A DNA stretch of 64,000 nt from Lytechinus pictus (Eukaryota): the NCBI RefSeq assembly GCF_037042905.1, contig NC_087263.1:13580001-13644000 (forward strand), given 5' to 3'. The translations under genes and the position numbers were made by a program. This document shows, piece after piece, positions 12,472 to 26,736 of the stretch (within the stretch, counting starts at the first letter, position 1; every line of letters begins with the position of its first letter). Under the pieces are notes generated by a model. The model saw nothing but the letters and a program-made list of their open reading frames with translations, was not told where the DNA came from and did not search any database.

Positions 12472-13540
12472 CAGAGTGAGTCAGAAAAAAATGTCCCACT
12501 TTTGTAAAGTTGAATTGTTTAGAATATGACTATTTAATCATTAGTTTCATGATATGTCTTGATAGAGGTATCCTCTCAGTACATTCAGGTACCTTTTTCA
12601 TTTGATCCCCTGCACGCATGACTGAACAGCGGACAATCTTTAGAAGACTGTCAGATCTCACTTGCGCCAAGTTACAGGGTGGGGAATAAAAAAACACACA
12701 CACACAGACACACAAGCACACAATTACTGCAAACATCGGTGAATAAAAACACACAACAATTAAAACGGAATTTTTTGTATTTGTTGAGGTAGTTTATTGT
12801 GGTTCAACAATGAATCTGTTTCCCTCAAAGTTCTCCATGGTCTCCATCCTCCGTACTCAATCCTCGACATGTCCGCCATTTCTCCTGATGCACAGTTGTG
12901 CTCGGCGAAGCATTCCTTGACAAGCTCGCCGAATATGGTTCCCATCTTGGCGTACGACGTCTGTCTCGTCCACGATTCTCCTCCGAAGCAAAAAGCACAG
13001 ACATCCATTGTAAATTTTCATTGTTAACCAACAAAAGACATAACCAGCATATTGGATTTATGTGCACTTGATGATGATGATGAAGATCAAGATCAAGATG
13101 ATGACAATGAGGATGATGATGATGATATGATGGTGGTAGTGAATGTGTTTTAAGGGGAAAGATTGTCGGGAATTGCCACTTAAACATTGCTAAAAATCAA
13201 TGCTTAATCAGAAAAGAGAAAATTATGAACCAGTTATTAGCATGTGTGTTGTGTGTGTTTGTGTGTGTGTGTGTATGAGCATGCCAGTCTGTCTGTCTGA
13301 CTGTCTTTGTCTAAAGCACTGTTTTATTCATCACCCTGTAACTTGGCGCAAGTGAGATCTGACAGTCTTCTAAAGATTGTCCGATGTTCAGTCATGCGTG
13401 CACGGGATCAAATGAAAATGGTACCTGAATGTACTTGGAGGATACCTCTATCAAGACATATCTTGAAACTAATGATTAAATATTCATATTTTAAACAATT
13501 CAACTTTACAAAAGTGGGACATTTTTTCTGACTCACTCTG
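12472..13540 (-). mobile_element. Tc1/mariner-derived MITE with ~215-bp TIRs and a transposase C-terminal remnant
   Basis: TIR cagagtgagtcagaaaaaaatgtcccactttt at both ends; TATA flanks; minus strand ~12990-12857 translates LRRRIVDETDVVRQDGNHIRRACQGMLRRAQLCIRRNGGHVED* (typical C...GGH.E end; frame not in the ORF track). Confidence 0.85.
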
Positions 13541-14241
13541 TATAATACGACGTACATTTTTGATATTGTATTTTTTTAATTGAATACATCTAATGTGGGA
13601 GATTAGCTTTAATCTTACACACGCTTTGGAATATCTGATTCTAGTTTTTAATTTTGCTAACAACAAAGGGTTGTTTGCGTTGTTCATTGGTATGAATCAG
13701 GCCGACGAAAATGTGATAATAAATAATTTTAAACTGAGATATCAAGCAAACGTTAACAATATCAGAAATTAAAACGTAGCGGACGTATCCCTTACCTCTT
13801 AGAAATCGTTGATTAAAAAAAGTAAACGATAAGGGGGAGATTCAGCTCCTTCTCATTGTTGAAACAATCGTCCCTCTGATAATGTAAGACATGCAATTAT
13901 CAATAAAACATTTTAAAATCTTTTTATTAACAGAGAGGACTTAAATGAGTACTGGAACATAACTTTTCAGAAGACGTCTGGCGGAAAATCTCGCTACTTT
14001 CGGTCTTCGAATTATATTAGATGTGAAAGGGGATGGTGGCTGCTTCTTTCATGTAGTCCACCATCAACTAACAAAACGATTGAAAGATAATAGCAACAAC
14101 TTCAGAACATTTTTTATTCTTCGGAGACAGGCTTGGTATGTGATTTCGTTTGATTTGTTTGATTAAAAGTTTTTTTTGTTATTGACAACATGATTACGTT
14201 AATCTCGAAGATAGACTTTAAGCGGCAAGGCTTCTTCTATA

Positions 14242-15229
14242 CAGTACGTATCAAAAAAAAGTTTACACTTTGAAAAAATCCTGTAAAATTATACATTTGT
14301 AATATCCTGATAATTTTTCCACATTTTAACATTGGTACAGATCCATTTAAGCAAATGACGATATAATTGTCGAAAAATATTTCCGCTTGAGTGAGCACCA
14401 CTTACTTTTGAAAATTTAGTGAAAAATTATTTGCGCAGAACTTTGGAATAGTTATGCAAATAAAAGTAGACCTTAATCATGAAGAACACGTAGAATTTAG
14501 CTAGTAAAATTGATTTGAAGATATCGTTACCCTTTTAAACTTGTTTCCTTGCCCAAAACACTTCGAAGAGTGCATTGTGCCCCACCCCACTCCCCCACAC
14601 ACCGAGGCCATCGAGGCGATATTTGCTTTACACTGAGCTGTGATTTACATGAAATGGCTTAGGCTTGATTTTAATTTTGTTAATCATTGTCAAGCTTTGG
14701 AAAAGTGTGGAGAAACAAGTATTAAATGAAAAATGAAATGTAAACCCACTTTAAATGATAAAAACTCAGTGAAAATATGCTGGAGATGTCTGACATAAAC
14801 TTTTGTTCAGATTCAGTTATGTCCTCAGATCCAGCTCGCACAAAAAAAGGGTAAAGGTTGTGCTTACTAAATATTGAAATTTCAATTTGGGTGGCAGAAT
14901 TGTTGCAAAATGCTTGAATGTGTCCGTTCTATTTCAATTGACTAAAAGTGCAAGAGAAATGTATGAGAAATGTTTCACAGGGTAAGTTTGATTTCGCCCT
15001 TTTCCCTTGACACAGCGTGAAAACGAGCATTTCTGCGCAAACAGATTTCTGCGAGCTTTACAAAAATGGCCAGTGCTCACTCAAGTGTAACATTCTGTCA
15101 AAACTTTTACTTTCATTGGATAGATGAGACCCAAACCCAAGATTATGTGTGAAAAATTTACCCACATGTTGTATATTTTTGAATTTCCAGGGCTTTTTCA
15201 AAGTGTAAACTTTTTTTTGATACGCACTG
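14242..15229 (+). mobile_element. ~990-bp Tc1/mariner-type MITE, family copy 1 of 3
   Basis: TIR cagtRcgtatcaaaaaaaaagtttacactttgaaaaa; TATA flanks; high similarity to 22065-23050 (inverted) and 46924-47884. Confidence 0.92.
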
Positions 15230-15871
15230 TATAAAACAATAAATTGCTCTCTACTGTTAAGAAAAGCAATATAATTGAATGTGGCTTAATCATAACGCTC
15301 TAAATATCTAGATCAATAGATCTCTTCAATTTGTACTTTGTGCAATTCTATCAATTATTAATAAATTCGTGATTTAAATGACAAATGTTTATTAAAGGCT
15401 AAAAAACAAAATATGAATAAGAGTTGTGAATTCTTTTTGCATGAAGGGAAGCACTCTGCACTTTGACAAATGTATGAGAAGCGTCTGATTTTAACTGTTG
15501 TTTTTATATTGCTTGCAACACTTAAGCCACTAATCCCAAACGGATTGGAAAATGTAATGTTAACAAGTGGAATATAATATTATATATAGGTCCTATGTTT
15601 CAATTGGACGGTGAATGGAGTACACGGCCAACAATTATATAACTTTAGCAGTAGTAAGAGTATTATTCTTTAATCTGAGCAGCTTGAATAACCGATTTTC
15701 TTTGACATTTCCGTTACTTTCAAATTACATTTTATACTGACACTGTTTACATTTTGCACTGATACTCTTGATATTTATCAGAACAAATGAGGATTTATAT
15801 TCTTAGGTGAATGTTTTCTTATCATTTCTCTATTGGAAAGCCGGTTGAGTAAAAATCGGTCTAGTAATATA

Positions 15872-16037
15872 CACTTTAAAAAATGAAGTGCTAATTTAGC
15901 ACTTACAGTGCTTGTATAGTGACTGCACTTCGAGTGCTGATTTTCTAGTGTAAATTTGAACTAGAAAATCAGCACTGGTAGTGCAGTCACTATACAAGCA
16001 CTGGAAATGCTAAATTAGCACTTAATGTTTTACAGTG
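15872..16037. mobile_element. Fully palindromic 166-bp MITE (CACTG/EnSpm-like ends)
   Basis: cactttaaaa...ttttacagtg ends with TA flanks; arms gcttgtatagtgactgcact / agtgcagtcactatacaagc and gtgctgattttctagt / actagaaaatcagcac. Confidence 0.85.
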
Positions 16038-17850
16038 TAGTCACTAGTTACTAGTAAACGTTTTGCATGTTCTAGGTGGGTAGACATTCATACCACAACG
16101 CATATCATATTCTGAAATAGGATGTGCAGTATACCAACGTTTGAACTTAATTGTGTATGGATATATTAATATATATTATTTACAGAAATGTTGAAGTTAA
16201 CTTGCAATATGTAAAGGAATAAATGAAAATTTCATTGTAATGGTGAAAGTTTCGGATGCGTTTTTATTTTTTGACGAATCGTCAAATACTCAAATAACTG
16301 AAATAACTCTATGGTTTATATCGTTCCTATATTTTTGTTTCATGCAGTAATGCGTAAAAGACAGCTAGATACAGTTGAAGATACGGCACCTTTTCGTTTC
16401 CAACCTACAGTGGGAAATCACGTTGTAATTTTTTTTACGAATTCCACTGAAACTATTACGTGGATTTACTCAGGCATAAATTGCATTGCTATCATTTACA
16501 TTTATTGTTACATCTTGAAATAGTTGATGTATACAAGATACATGGGACCTTGAAATTCATGTTTCACTTGTATTGTATGAAAGAGAAAGATAAGAACTTA
16601 TCATCCAAAATGATGCGAACTTAAGAGCATTGTTTTCATATTTATATAGACATTGCCAATAAAGTGTATTTTTACAGCATATTTATCTTTAGTATCTTAT
16701 ATTTGTTTTATTCACACCGTTTACACGCATTCTGTTTCTTTTGAAAATCTATTTGGAGTATATACAATTTGAGCAAGATTATAAAATACATAACCTTTTG
16801 ATACTTGATGTGATTGTTGCAAGAGCGGAAGAGCCAATGTTTGTTGAATAGGATTGACAAGACAACTCACTGTTTTGAATGGATTTCAAGCGAATAACAA
16901 AATATTATATAATATATCAAAACACTTACAGATCTAAGTAGGCAGTGCACTCCAAATTAGTAAATGCCGAGTGCCTACTACTGAGTCTACCTCAACTCTA
17001 TAATAAAAAGCATGTATATCTTTCTAGAATATATTACCCAAAATAAAACATTAATTTTCTTTCATGCAGAATATGCAATTTAGTTATTGCACAACCAGTG
17101 TTCATACGCGGCGATACAGGGGCGTCATCCCCGTAAGATTTTTCAAGCCCTCAAACAAAAAGTAGAAAAGAAAAAAGGGAGTTCCCAGAAGAACGAAGTA
17201 TGCCTATACAATGCAAAAGAGGTTTCTGTGTGAAGTAACTAGATATTACCCATTCGGCAATGGGAGTCAATATTTTGGCACGATTATTACTTGACTTGAA
17301 ATTAGGGCCCCCTAAGAAATCATGGATCCGCGCCTGGCTCCCACTTATATAATTCTAGCAGGGCCTACTCTGATGAGATGTTAAACGAGATTGAAAGCAT
17401 CAAATGGTTAAAATAGAAATCGCTCGCGCTTCGCGCTCGCATTGATTCTTTTTTAAAAGTGATATTACATCTATTCATGAACACATCATTATAAAACCAT
17501 TATTCAATTGGCTCTTCTTCATGTGCTTATGAAATAAGATAATTTAACATGCATTTAAGGCACTTATGATTGCCTGGGGGAGGGAGGGGCCGCCAATTTT
17601 CCGAAAAGTACACAGGGGCGCCAAAATCAGGTCGAATTTGGGCCCCCTCCCTACAAAATCCTTGATCCGCGCCTGTATTATAATGCAAGTTCCTCGCTGT
17701 GATTAATTTACATGATATGCAACTAGTGATCAGATACACGTTCTGAATCAATTTTAACTATTTACATAGTTTAGCACCTGACTTATTCTTCAATAAAGCT
17801 AACACTTGTCTCTCTCAAAATTTTACTGATCACTAAAATGATCATTACCT

Positions 17851-18220
17851 TTTGAGAAGAAAACAAGTGTACAAATAATTTGCCATTGCTCGCCATTTAA
17901 TTCCATACGAGGCATCAAAACACATAGGCAATATGCCTAAGGTAATGAACATCAACACAATCTGAATAATGTCGTGAGACATAACAAAAGACTACATATG
18001 CATTAGAACTGTGGCATACTGAAAGATATGGTCACGTGAACACCAGGAGGGTAGCAACTCCTCCCTGGGGCTGTTGATCACGTGACCCACCCGCAGGATA
18101 GTAGTTCCCACGGGTATTTCCCTTAAATCTTGGTCATCAACATCTTTGGAGCATATACCTTGATATTAATATTGGTGATCTGTCAGGTTTCAAACAATTT
18201 GTTTCTGAACACAAACCTTC
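17851..18220. repeat. Duplicated block X, copy 2 (SINE-free)
   Basis: Colinear with 964-1650 without the SINE. Confidence 0.9.
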
Positions 18221-21198
18221 CACCCATTTTTTTTTTTGCCTATTGTATGTTACATGAATTTGAGGCATACATAAGTTTGTCATGTTTGCAAATAAAGCTG
18301 CCTTATATATTGGCATGGAGCTGCTTATTCCTAGCTTCCTGTATTCAAACATAAATTTACAGGAGTGCCCTATGCATGAATGCAAACGGCTTGTAAGAGA
18401 ACATTCCATCTAAGTTATCATAAACAAATTCCACCTGATACAATAATCTCAGGATTTAATACCTGTAATAAATTTGGAGGAACTGAACAAAATGGCTTGG
18501 ATAAGGCTTAACACACCATTCACAATCATTTTTATGCAGCCTTTAAGAGCAAAATTCTTCCAAGAAAATCAGTATCCTCTCAAAAGGTATGTCCAAAAAA
18601 CAGTGTATTTGTTCTCCTGTCCTAGTTGTCTTCCACATTTTTTTTTATTATGCATGTCACCACAGGGACAGCCGCGACTTGCGACTTCTGATTCTGTTTT
18701 TTTCTCCATTGTGGTAATATCCAGTGGTTAGTGGACATTTGGGCTAAGACATACTTGCTTGATGTATCGTTGTTCTTCCTAGAATAGATAGGGTGGTAAT
18801 CACTCTAGGTACATCCCCAATTACATGGAAAGTGGGGGAATCGGCGGACAATTGTCCGCCGCAATGGGAGGACACGTGACTGGGGCACGGAGGAGATAAG
18901 GGCGAAAACCAACAGGACGCAATGGCAGGGCCTCCTCACTTGGGGTTATGCTGGAAAAAGTCCCTTATGGCCCACCTGTGTGTTATGGTAGGTGCGACCG
19001 AGACTTGCTCCACCACCGAACCACAGTACCACTGTCCTACCCGGGGAATAATTGGTTTCACTATATTGCACTTGTGTATTTTGATAATGATCTCTATTCT
19101 GAACCATGTTACATGTATACCAATCCTATGACCACATTCGAGGTCTTTACAGAGATCCAAATTATGATATCTGACCGTTATTCAGACAAATAAATGCCAT
19201 CTCTTGCTAAGAGAGTTATGGTGGGTTCTGTGAATGGCAAGTTGGGTTAAAGAACAACCATTTTATTGAAATGGGTACCTCAAGGAGCGTCTCATGAAAG
19301 GCCATGTCGGACGCTTTCATCCGACAAATCCTGGTTATCTAAATGTATTCAAAGTAAAAGAGGTTTTTAGCTAAGCTAACTCGAGAAAAGTTGTCAAATC
19401 GGACCACATTTGGACCGAACTGCTGATGGAACACTCCCCAAAACCTCCAATTCCGAATTTCATCAATCAATAAAAAAATTCACATTTTGGCTATAAGATA
19501 CAAATTCAAATTGGATGTTTCTCCATTGCCGTCCCGACCCATGACAAATGGGTCCAATTCTCAGAGGATCAGACTAGCCCCATATTATACTAGTGCTTAA
19601 CTATGATTTGCCATCTACAACACCATTCTAGTTGTACTTATTATTATTTAGCCATTCTACCCCCTCAATTTGATTTCTAGGTAGGTCTCTTCATTTTATA
19701 TGACAGAGACACATTTGAGCCATGCTCTGATTTCCTGGAGGGGGGGGGGGGTCCCATTTTACGATGATCTCGAGTACCGAAGAGAGGTTTTTCTAACCAC
19801 TGTGTTCAATGAACATGTCACTAATAAACCCTGGAATCTTAGGGTTGAGAGAAACATCCACGACTGGTGATGGCCTCTTTCTCATATGCGGGAACAGTCC
19901 ATGCAGCTCCTTTGGTGTCTCTGCATGTCCTCAAGTCTGGTACCAACATGCCTGTGTCCTTGGGTACCCTGTGGCATGCCCAGGTACCAGCGATCAGCTG
20001 CCCTCTCATCTAGTCTTAATGTAAAGTTCCATCCCCAGCAACAAAGTGCGGTCGTCTTGTAACTGGCCTATGGCTGGGGGGGGGGCATAGACCCCCAAAC
20101 GTTTACACACGACCGCAATAAGAGAGAGAAAAAGAAGGAAAGAAATGGTGAATTATGCTAGCATTCACTGAGTATTAGACCAACATATCACCATATCAGA
20201 TTTTGCATAAAAACATGTTTAAATTTCGACTGGCACCCTAGTTGCCCCCTATAGGGATAAATTGCCTATAATCATATTATTTCATATTAATTGCTAATAT
20301 TAAATCCCTTAGCGAAGTCAAATAAGTGCACGGGTCCAGAGGGGCACATGAGTATATGAATGTGGAAATAGTGGAAATTCGGCATGATAAAGAAAAGAAA
20401 TAATAATCACAATTAGCCCAGCAAAATGCCATCTCTGATTTTATTTCTACACCACCCTACAAAAACAACAAAAATTACATATATATATTTATATACATAT
20501 GTACGTTATCTGTATCTACACGCACCTATACATATGCGCGTATTGTGGTTGTTAGTTTCCTGTTTGTTTGGTGTTTTTTTTTTGTATTGCCCATTCACAT
20601 TGCGTGACATATGCCATCAGTGTGTTTCATAACGATCTCCGCGATGATAAAAACATCCCAGTGCACATTACATTACTCAATATGAATCGTAAAACAATTC
20701 AGTGCATGAAACAAAACTGGAAATGTGTATACCTGCGTATACAGCATTGTGAAATGATTATGAATTTGATAAATACGTGTGCAATCAAAACCTGAGCAAA
20801 GACCATTCTTTGAATAGAAGGGGTGGCCGGCTATCGTTATCGCAAACAATGCTTCGAGCCAGAGTTATTTTAGTGATTACGTGATAATATATACATCTGC
20901 ACAATGAACCAATCGCCGTTATTGAATTTATGGAGCTTTACTATGCATGAGCCGTGAACACAGACAATTTTCCAACCTCCTGCTCAACAACATGACATAA
21001 CACTTTATGAAAGCTCCTTTTTCGAGATATCCTCTATATCATTCCCGACAATTTTAATTGGCAAATTCTTGGTGCAGGAGTTAATTCCTTTGTATTGCAA
21101 TATTTTGGAATCCTACTCATCCCCCCCACCCCCGCTTCACAATACCTTTCAGCCATAATAGCCACCTTTCGCAAACCTCAGGGACGGTAAGATTTATA

Positions 21199-21328
21199 GG
21201 GTCCCCTAACACAAAAATTAACGATTAATCGTACATTCGATTTTCACGAGTAATTGTAAATTATAATCAATGGAATCAATCATAGAAAACTGTTCTACAT
21301 TCATTGCTAAGCTTTGTGATACAGGCCC
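21199..21328. mobile_element. Short Harbinger-like MITE
   Basis: gggtcccctaacacaaa ... tttgtgatacaggccc imperfect TIRs; a related end at ~63607 truncates an EGF exon copy. Confidence 0.6.
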
Positions 21329-21334
21329 TATAGA

Positions 21335-23390
21335 TGTGCTTTCCGTGTGCAAAATTCTTTCACGCGACACCCGTTTTCATGCATGTGTACGTCTGGTCAT
21401 CATCGTATATGCCCCCTGAGCCGGCGGCGAACCTTTACTAGCTATGACAGCTGGCTGGAGATATTCGAAATGCAGGGCCCACAATAGATTATGACATGGA
21501 TAAGAAAGTGGTTTTTCAAACAAATCGAGTACATATTGAGTGAGGAAAAACTTACTGAATTAAGGCTTAGATATAGATCATTACAGTCCATCGAATCGAT
21601 ATTGCATTTAATGTGGATTATCGGTGGATCACTGGCAATTGATTCCATGGGTCAGATGACCTCTCCAGCTGAAACCATTTCGCATGCATTGATATGTAAA
21701 CAGCATGTATACGTCTGAATACCAGTCGAAATTGCTGGGTTTTTTCTTGTGTTTACTCCTACACAAACGATATGCCTCTAGCACACAATGTAATGGGCAT
21801 TATGTTTTACTTTCCCCAGAAATGAGGGGTTAGATTCAAATTCCCGGGGGGACCACTTCCAGTGATGAGTGGATACCAGGCACGACCATGCGGTTTCAAA
21901 AAGCACCCTAAACAAGGGAAGCAAGGATTTACCAGATTATGAAAATGCATCTCTTAACAAGTATTTGGCTTGTGAGACCCTACAAGTATTGGAAATATAT
22001 CACTTTTTTTTTCAGTATCTTAGACATCGTTTTTGACACTCTTTTAACGTTACAAAGGCCTATACAGTGCGTATCAAAAAAAAAGTTTACACTTTGAAAA
22101 AGCCCTGGGAATGAAAAAATATACAACATGTGGGTAATTTTTTCACATATAATCTTGGGTTTGGGTCTCATCTATCTAATGAAAGTAAACGTTTTGACAG
22201 AATTTTACACTTGAGTGAGCACTGTCCATTTTTTTAAAGCTCGCAAAAATCGGTTTGCGCAGAAATGCTCGTTTTCAAGCTGTGTTACGGGGAAAGGGCG
22301 AAATCAAACTTACCCTGCGAAACATTTCTCATACATTTCCCTTGCACTTTTAGTCGACTGAAATAAAACGGATACATTCCAACATTTTGTAACAATTTTG
22401 CCACCCAAATGGAAATTTCAACACTTAGTAAGAACAACCTTTACCATTTTGTGTGCCAGCTGGATCTGAGGACATAATTGAATCTGAACAAAAGTTTATA
22501 TCAGACATCTCCAGGATTATTCACTAAGTTTGTGTCATCAAAGATGGTTTACATTTCATTTTTTATTTGATACTTGTTTCCTCCACACTTATCCCAAGCT
22601 TGACAATGATTAATAAAATGAAAATGAAGCCTAAGCCATTTCATGTAAATCACAGCTCAGTGTAAAGCAAATATCGTCAAGATGGCCTCGGTGTGTGGGA
22701 GAGTGGGGTGGGGCGCAATGCACTCTTCGAAGTGTTTTGGGCAAGGAAACAAGTTAAAAAGGGTAAAATATATCATCTAATCAATTTTACTAGCTAAATT
22801 CCACGTGTTCTTCATGATTAAGGTCTACTTTTATTCGCATAACTATTTCCACGTTCTGCGCAAATCATTTTTCACTAACTTTTCAAAAGTAAGTGGTGCT
22901 CACTCAAGCGGAATATTTTCAACAGATATATCGTCATTTGCTTAAATGGATCTGTACCAATGTTAAAATGTGGAAAAATCCTGAGGATATTACAAATATA
23001 TAATTTTACAGGATTTTTTCTCAGTGTAAACTTTTTTTTGATACGCACTGTATACGTAACGTACATGCCCACTCTGTCCATTTTTACGCGTGGTCGCGCC
23101 TGGTATCCACTCAATGGAAGTGGGCCCCCGGGCGGCCTCTCGAGCTCTTGGAGGAACCAAATGTGGTTCTGGAAAGTCGTCCTAAATCGGATATATCGCT
23201 GTTACCATAGTAGCAACCAGAATTTTGCACACGAAACGCATATTGAATGTTTCCGTTGCAAAAAATCTCATGACACACAATTTGCATTGCAGGACAGAGT
23301 TTTACAACCATGACGACGGGCCCAAAAGTCTCTTCCAAAATCATCTACCGTCGTAAATAAGCGTTCGCGTTCTCCAACGAAAGGTCGGGA
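21335..23390. repeat. Duplicated block W, copy 1 (contains a CCCGGG-ended MITE at ~21843-23131 with a nested MITE); copy 2 is at ~34772-35752
   Basis: Shared text such as ggcttagatatagatcattacagtccatcgaatcg and gtcgtcctaaatcggatatatcgctgttaccatagtagc; boundaries approximate. Confidence 0.88.
22065..23050 (-). mobile_element. ~990-bp Tc1/mariner-type MITE, copy 2 (inverted)
   Basis: cagtgcgtatcaaaa...ttttgatacgcactg with TATA on both sides; empty site ggcttatacgtaacg at ~35392-35406. Confidence 0.92.
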
Positions 23391-23763
23391 ATGAGCATCC
23401 AAACTCACTGTTGCCAGCTTAATCGAAGTAATCACTCTCCGCGACTACTAGCTGAAACCACCATTTGTTCTCTGACTTTTAATGAAATAGCGTTTGTGAG
23501 CAATTTTCGATCTGACATGTACATGTTCATGTAGTTCAGTAATTACGCATAATGAGAACGTGTCTGGTGCGCTCACACGCCTCCAATGGAGAGAGTGGCA
23601 GGAGTTGTGCCCCTATGTTACTATATTGACTTTTGTGTCCTACTAAACTTTTTTCTCTTATTTATTAGTCTATCTAATTGTAGATTTTTGTATAACTATC
23701 ATATTTGTTTATTTATTATTATTTCTAACACTCCAAAGGCTTCATTGTCTGATTTTCGCCTGA

Positions 23764-24050
23764 GTGGGGGCATCTTGGTCTAGTGTCATGACTTCCACCC
23801 TGCAATCTGTGGGATGTGGTACAATTCAAACCATTGTGTGCCCCTTCTCAGCAGGAAATGCTGAGCTGCACCAAACCCAGGTGAGGCTAATAAATCATCT
23901 GGTAAGAATCTACATGTATTCATTAATACACAGAGCGCATAACAATCGCTCTGCGAAAGCCAGGGTGATTTTGCTACCTTACTACATATCACTTAGACTC
24001 CTTATAAGATAGGCCCAAGTCTTAAGCGGTATATAAGCCAAAATAATTAT
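23764..24050 (+). mobile_element. Old degenerate tRNA-SINE
   Basis: A-box-like tggtctagtg; gctgcaccaaacccaggtgag resembles the body of the 1166-1477 SINE; tail aagcggtatataagccaaaataattatt. Confidence 0.55.
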
Positions 24051-26736
24051 TTCATTAATCTGTTTATTTGTAATTTGTTTTATTGTCAATATCATAATTC
24101 TATCATTGTTAATAATATCATAATTTTCTCACACCTGTGGTGTTTTGCAATGGCCAGGGGGGGGGGGTAAGATCAACTCTGGCACTTGGCCCCATAAGAT
24201 GAAATGAATATTATCATTAAATATATTGAATTAGTCATAATGCCAAGATAATTGAAAATATCCAACTGGTTTTAAATGTATAATACCCTTATGCACAAAA
24301 TGTACGACTTTGACCTATGTACATGTGATAACTGACGCTCAACATTTGTGGCAGTGACTTAAACTGAAAATTTGAAGGAGCGTGTTATCCCCTTGAATTT
24401 GATACCAATTTTAGGTATGGATATGCCCTGTACGTGATCGTATTTGAGAAATACTCCTAAAAAAATTAATTTAGCTCCACCTCAACCTCGGCCATTCACC
24501 TCGACCAACGACCACATAATACATGCGAAAAAATAGGCCTAGACCGATAAAATCATAACTCAAAACCGTGGAAATATTGAATATCAGGCACTTCATGTGA
24601 CGGTCTAAAAATACAGCTTTCCTTATCAAAATCCCTATTTCACATGGAAATTAAGGGGTGCTGAGGGTTTAATCTCTCAAAAGAATTATAAGGCCAAGGG
24701 ATGAAATCAACCCAAAGTTTAATAGTGAACTAAAGTAAAAAGAATTTCATGTTAAGGTTATATATTGCTTGGCCGTACGTGTGGGCAAACAAATGGTTGC
24801 CTCCATTCGTATAGCTTACAGGGGATGAGAAGAGGTAACAACATTGCTAGTAAACCTGAGGACATTACCTGTTATTTGTGGAAGAAGCCGTGGCGTGGTT
24901 GATTTCCCTGTCGCGTCACCGGCGGGTTGGAACCAACGGCCTGCGCCTGTCTCCCCGCTGTGCGTCGGGGGTAGTGCGTGAAGCCCGTATCAGCTGGTCT
25001 AGATCTTGTCATCTAGGCCTACCGCGTTTCCGACCGGCCGAGTAGATGCTGTATTTTGCCCTTTTTTTTCTAGTTCCGCCTTCCAAATAAGCTAAAACTT
25101 TCAATCGAGAGGTCTTCTAAGACCTTTGTCCTCTTATTTTTCCCGTCTCTGTGACACTTATTGTTGGATAGACGGAAAAATTTCTGAATTTCTGAAGCGA
25201 AAATTAAATGAACTTGTAGCCTCGATGGGATCTCAAACTGCAATGGCTTCATACGTGCACACGTCACTATAGTAGACCGGCCAAAACGATTTTTTATACT
25301 TTGGACGGCAAAATTTGTTAATGCTTGCTAATGCTTGGCATCCCAGCTAATAGTCTTGCAAAAATACCCAGGAATAGCGTACGGCCGGATGCCAAGCGCA
25401 ATTTTGCGTGAAACTGTCTTTTTTAGCGTAAAATCTGAAAGAATGTCGAAAATCACGCATTTTGATATTTTGACGGATTATTTTAATATTTTTGATTATC
25501 TTTGATATGCAATTATTTTTATTCAGAGTTTCAAATTATAAGTCTCATGAATATGCATTTCAAATTTGAATATTACACACACACATATGGCACAGGGAAA
25601 CATAAAACCGCGATTTCCTCCAAATAAAAGTTTGTGAAAACTATCAATAGTTTAAAGTTTTTTACGCAACTTAAATTCTTCGATTTAAAAGCGTTTCTCA
25701 ATCGAATGTATAGTAAATGTCCTAATGCCACAAAAAATAAAAGAATTTTCAAGTAAGATGGAATATATCTCATTTTATGTTATCCGAAAGGAGACAATGT
25801 GCATTTTACCAGGCGCGCATTTTGAAAGAAAAATTGAAAATACCGTACATTATGTACATAATTACATGTATCAGTACAAGCGGGTTTTTAATTACATGTA
25901 TAAGTACATACTAAAGCGAGTTTTTAATTGAATAGCACAATTTGTCAATTCTTTGCATCCCAGCTCAAATTCTTGCGGAAATACTGAGGAATAACGTACG
26001 GGCGGATGCCAAGTGCACTTTTGCGTGAAAGTATCATTTTTTGCGTGAAATCTAACAGAATGTCGAAAATCACGCATTTTGATATTTTGACGGATTATCA
26101 TCATATTTTTGATTATCTTTGATCTGAAATTATTTTTATTCAGAGTTTTAAATTATAAGTCTAGTAAATATGCATTTCAATTTGGAATATTACACACACA
26201 TATATGGCAATATGAAATATAAAATCGTGATTTACTAAAAATAATAGTTTGTGAAAACTATCAATAGTATAATGTTTGTGTTCCGCATCTCAATTTCGTC
26301 AATTTTAGCGCTAACCGAATAAATACATAATAATTGTTGTCATGGCACATATAGTGAAAACAAATGTTGAAATAAGATGCAAGATATATCATTTTATGTT
26401 ATATGCGAAAGATAACAATGTACATTTATCGGATGCGCATTTCTGATAAAATACAAACAGCGCACAATATTACATCTACACTACTCAAAAAAAGTTAAGG
26501 ACCACTTTTTAAAACGTACATAAAGATTTTATACAAGGTGTTTTATTTCTGGAAATACCTCAGTACAACTGTCCTAAATGTCCTTAAACACGCTGTAATC
26601 AATTTCACGCATGGGTGGTTTAAGTTGTTGCACAATGTCTCTCGCATCACTGCACATCCTGAAAAGTGGGCCCCGAGGGGTATCAGCTACCGACATGAAG
26701 TGGTAAAAACGAATGTCTGAGTGTCTTTCAGGTAGT

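Noticed and set aside
18220..20060. Possible decayed LTR/retroelement or gene
   Set aside because: I could not recover recognisable protein motifs or boundaries; left unannotated.
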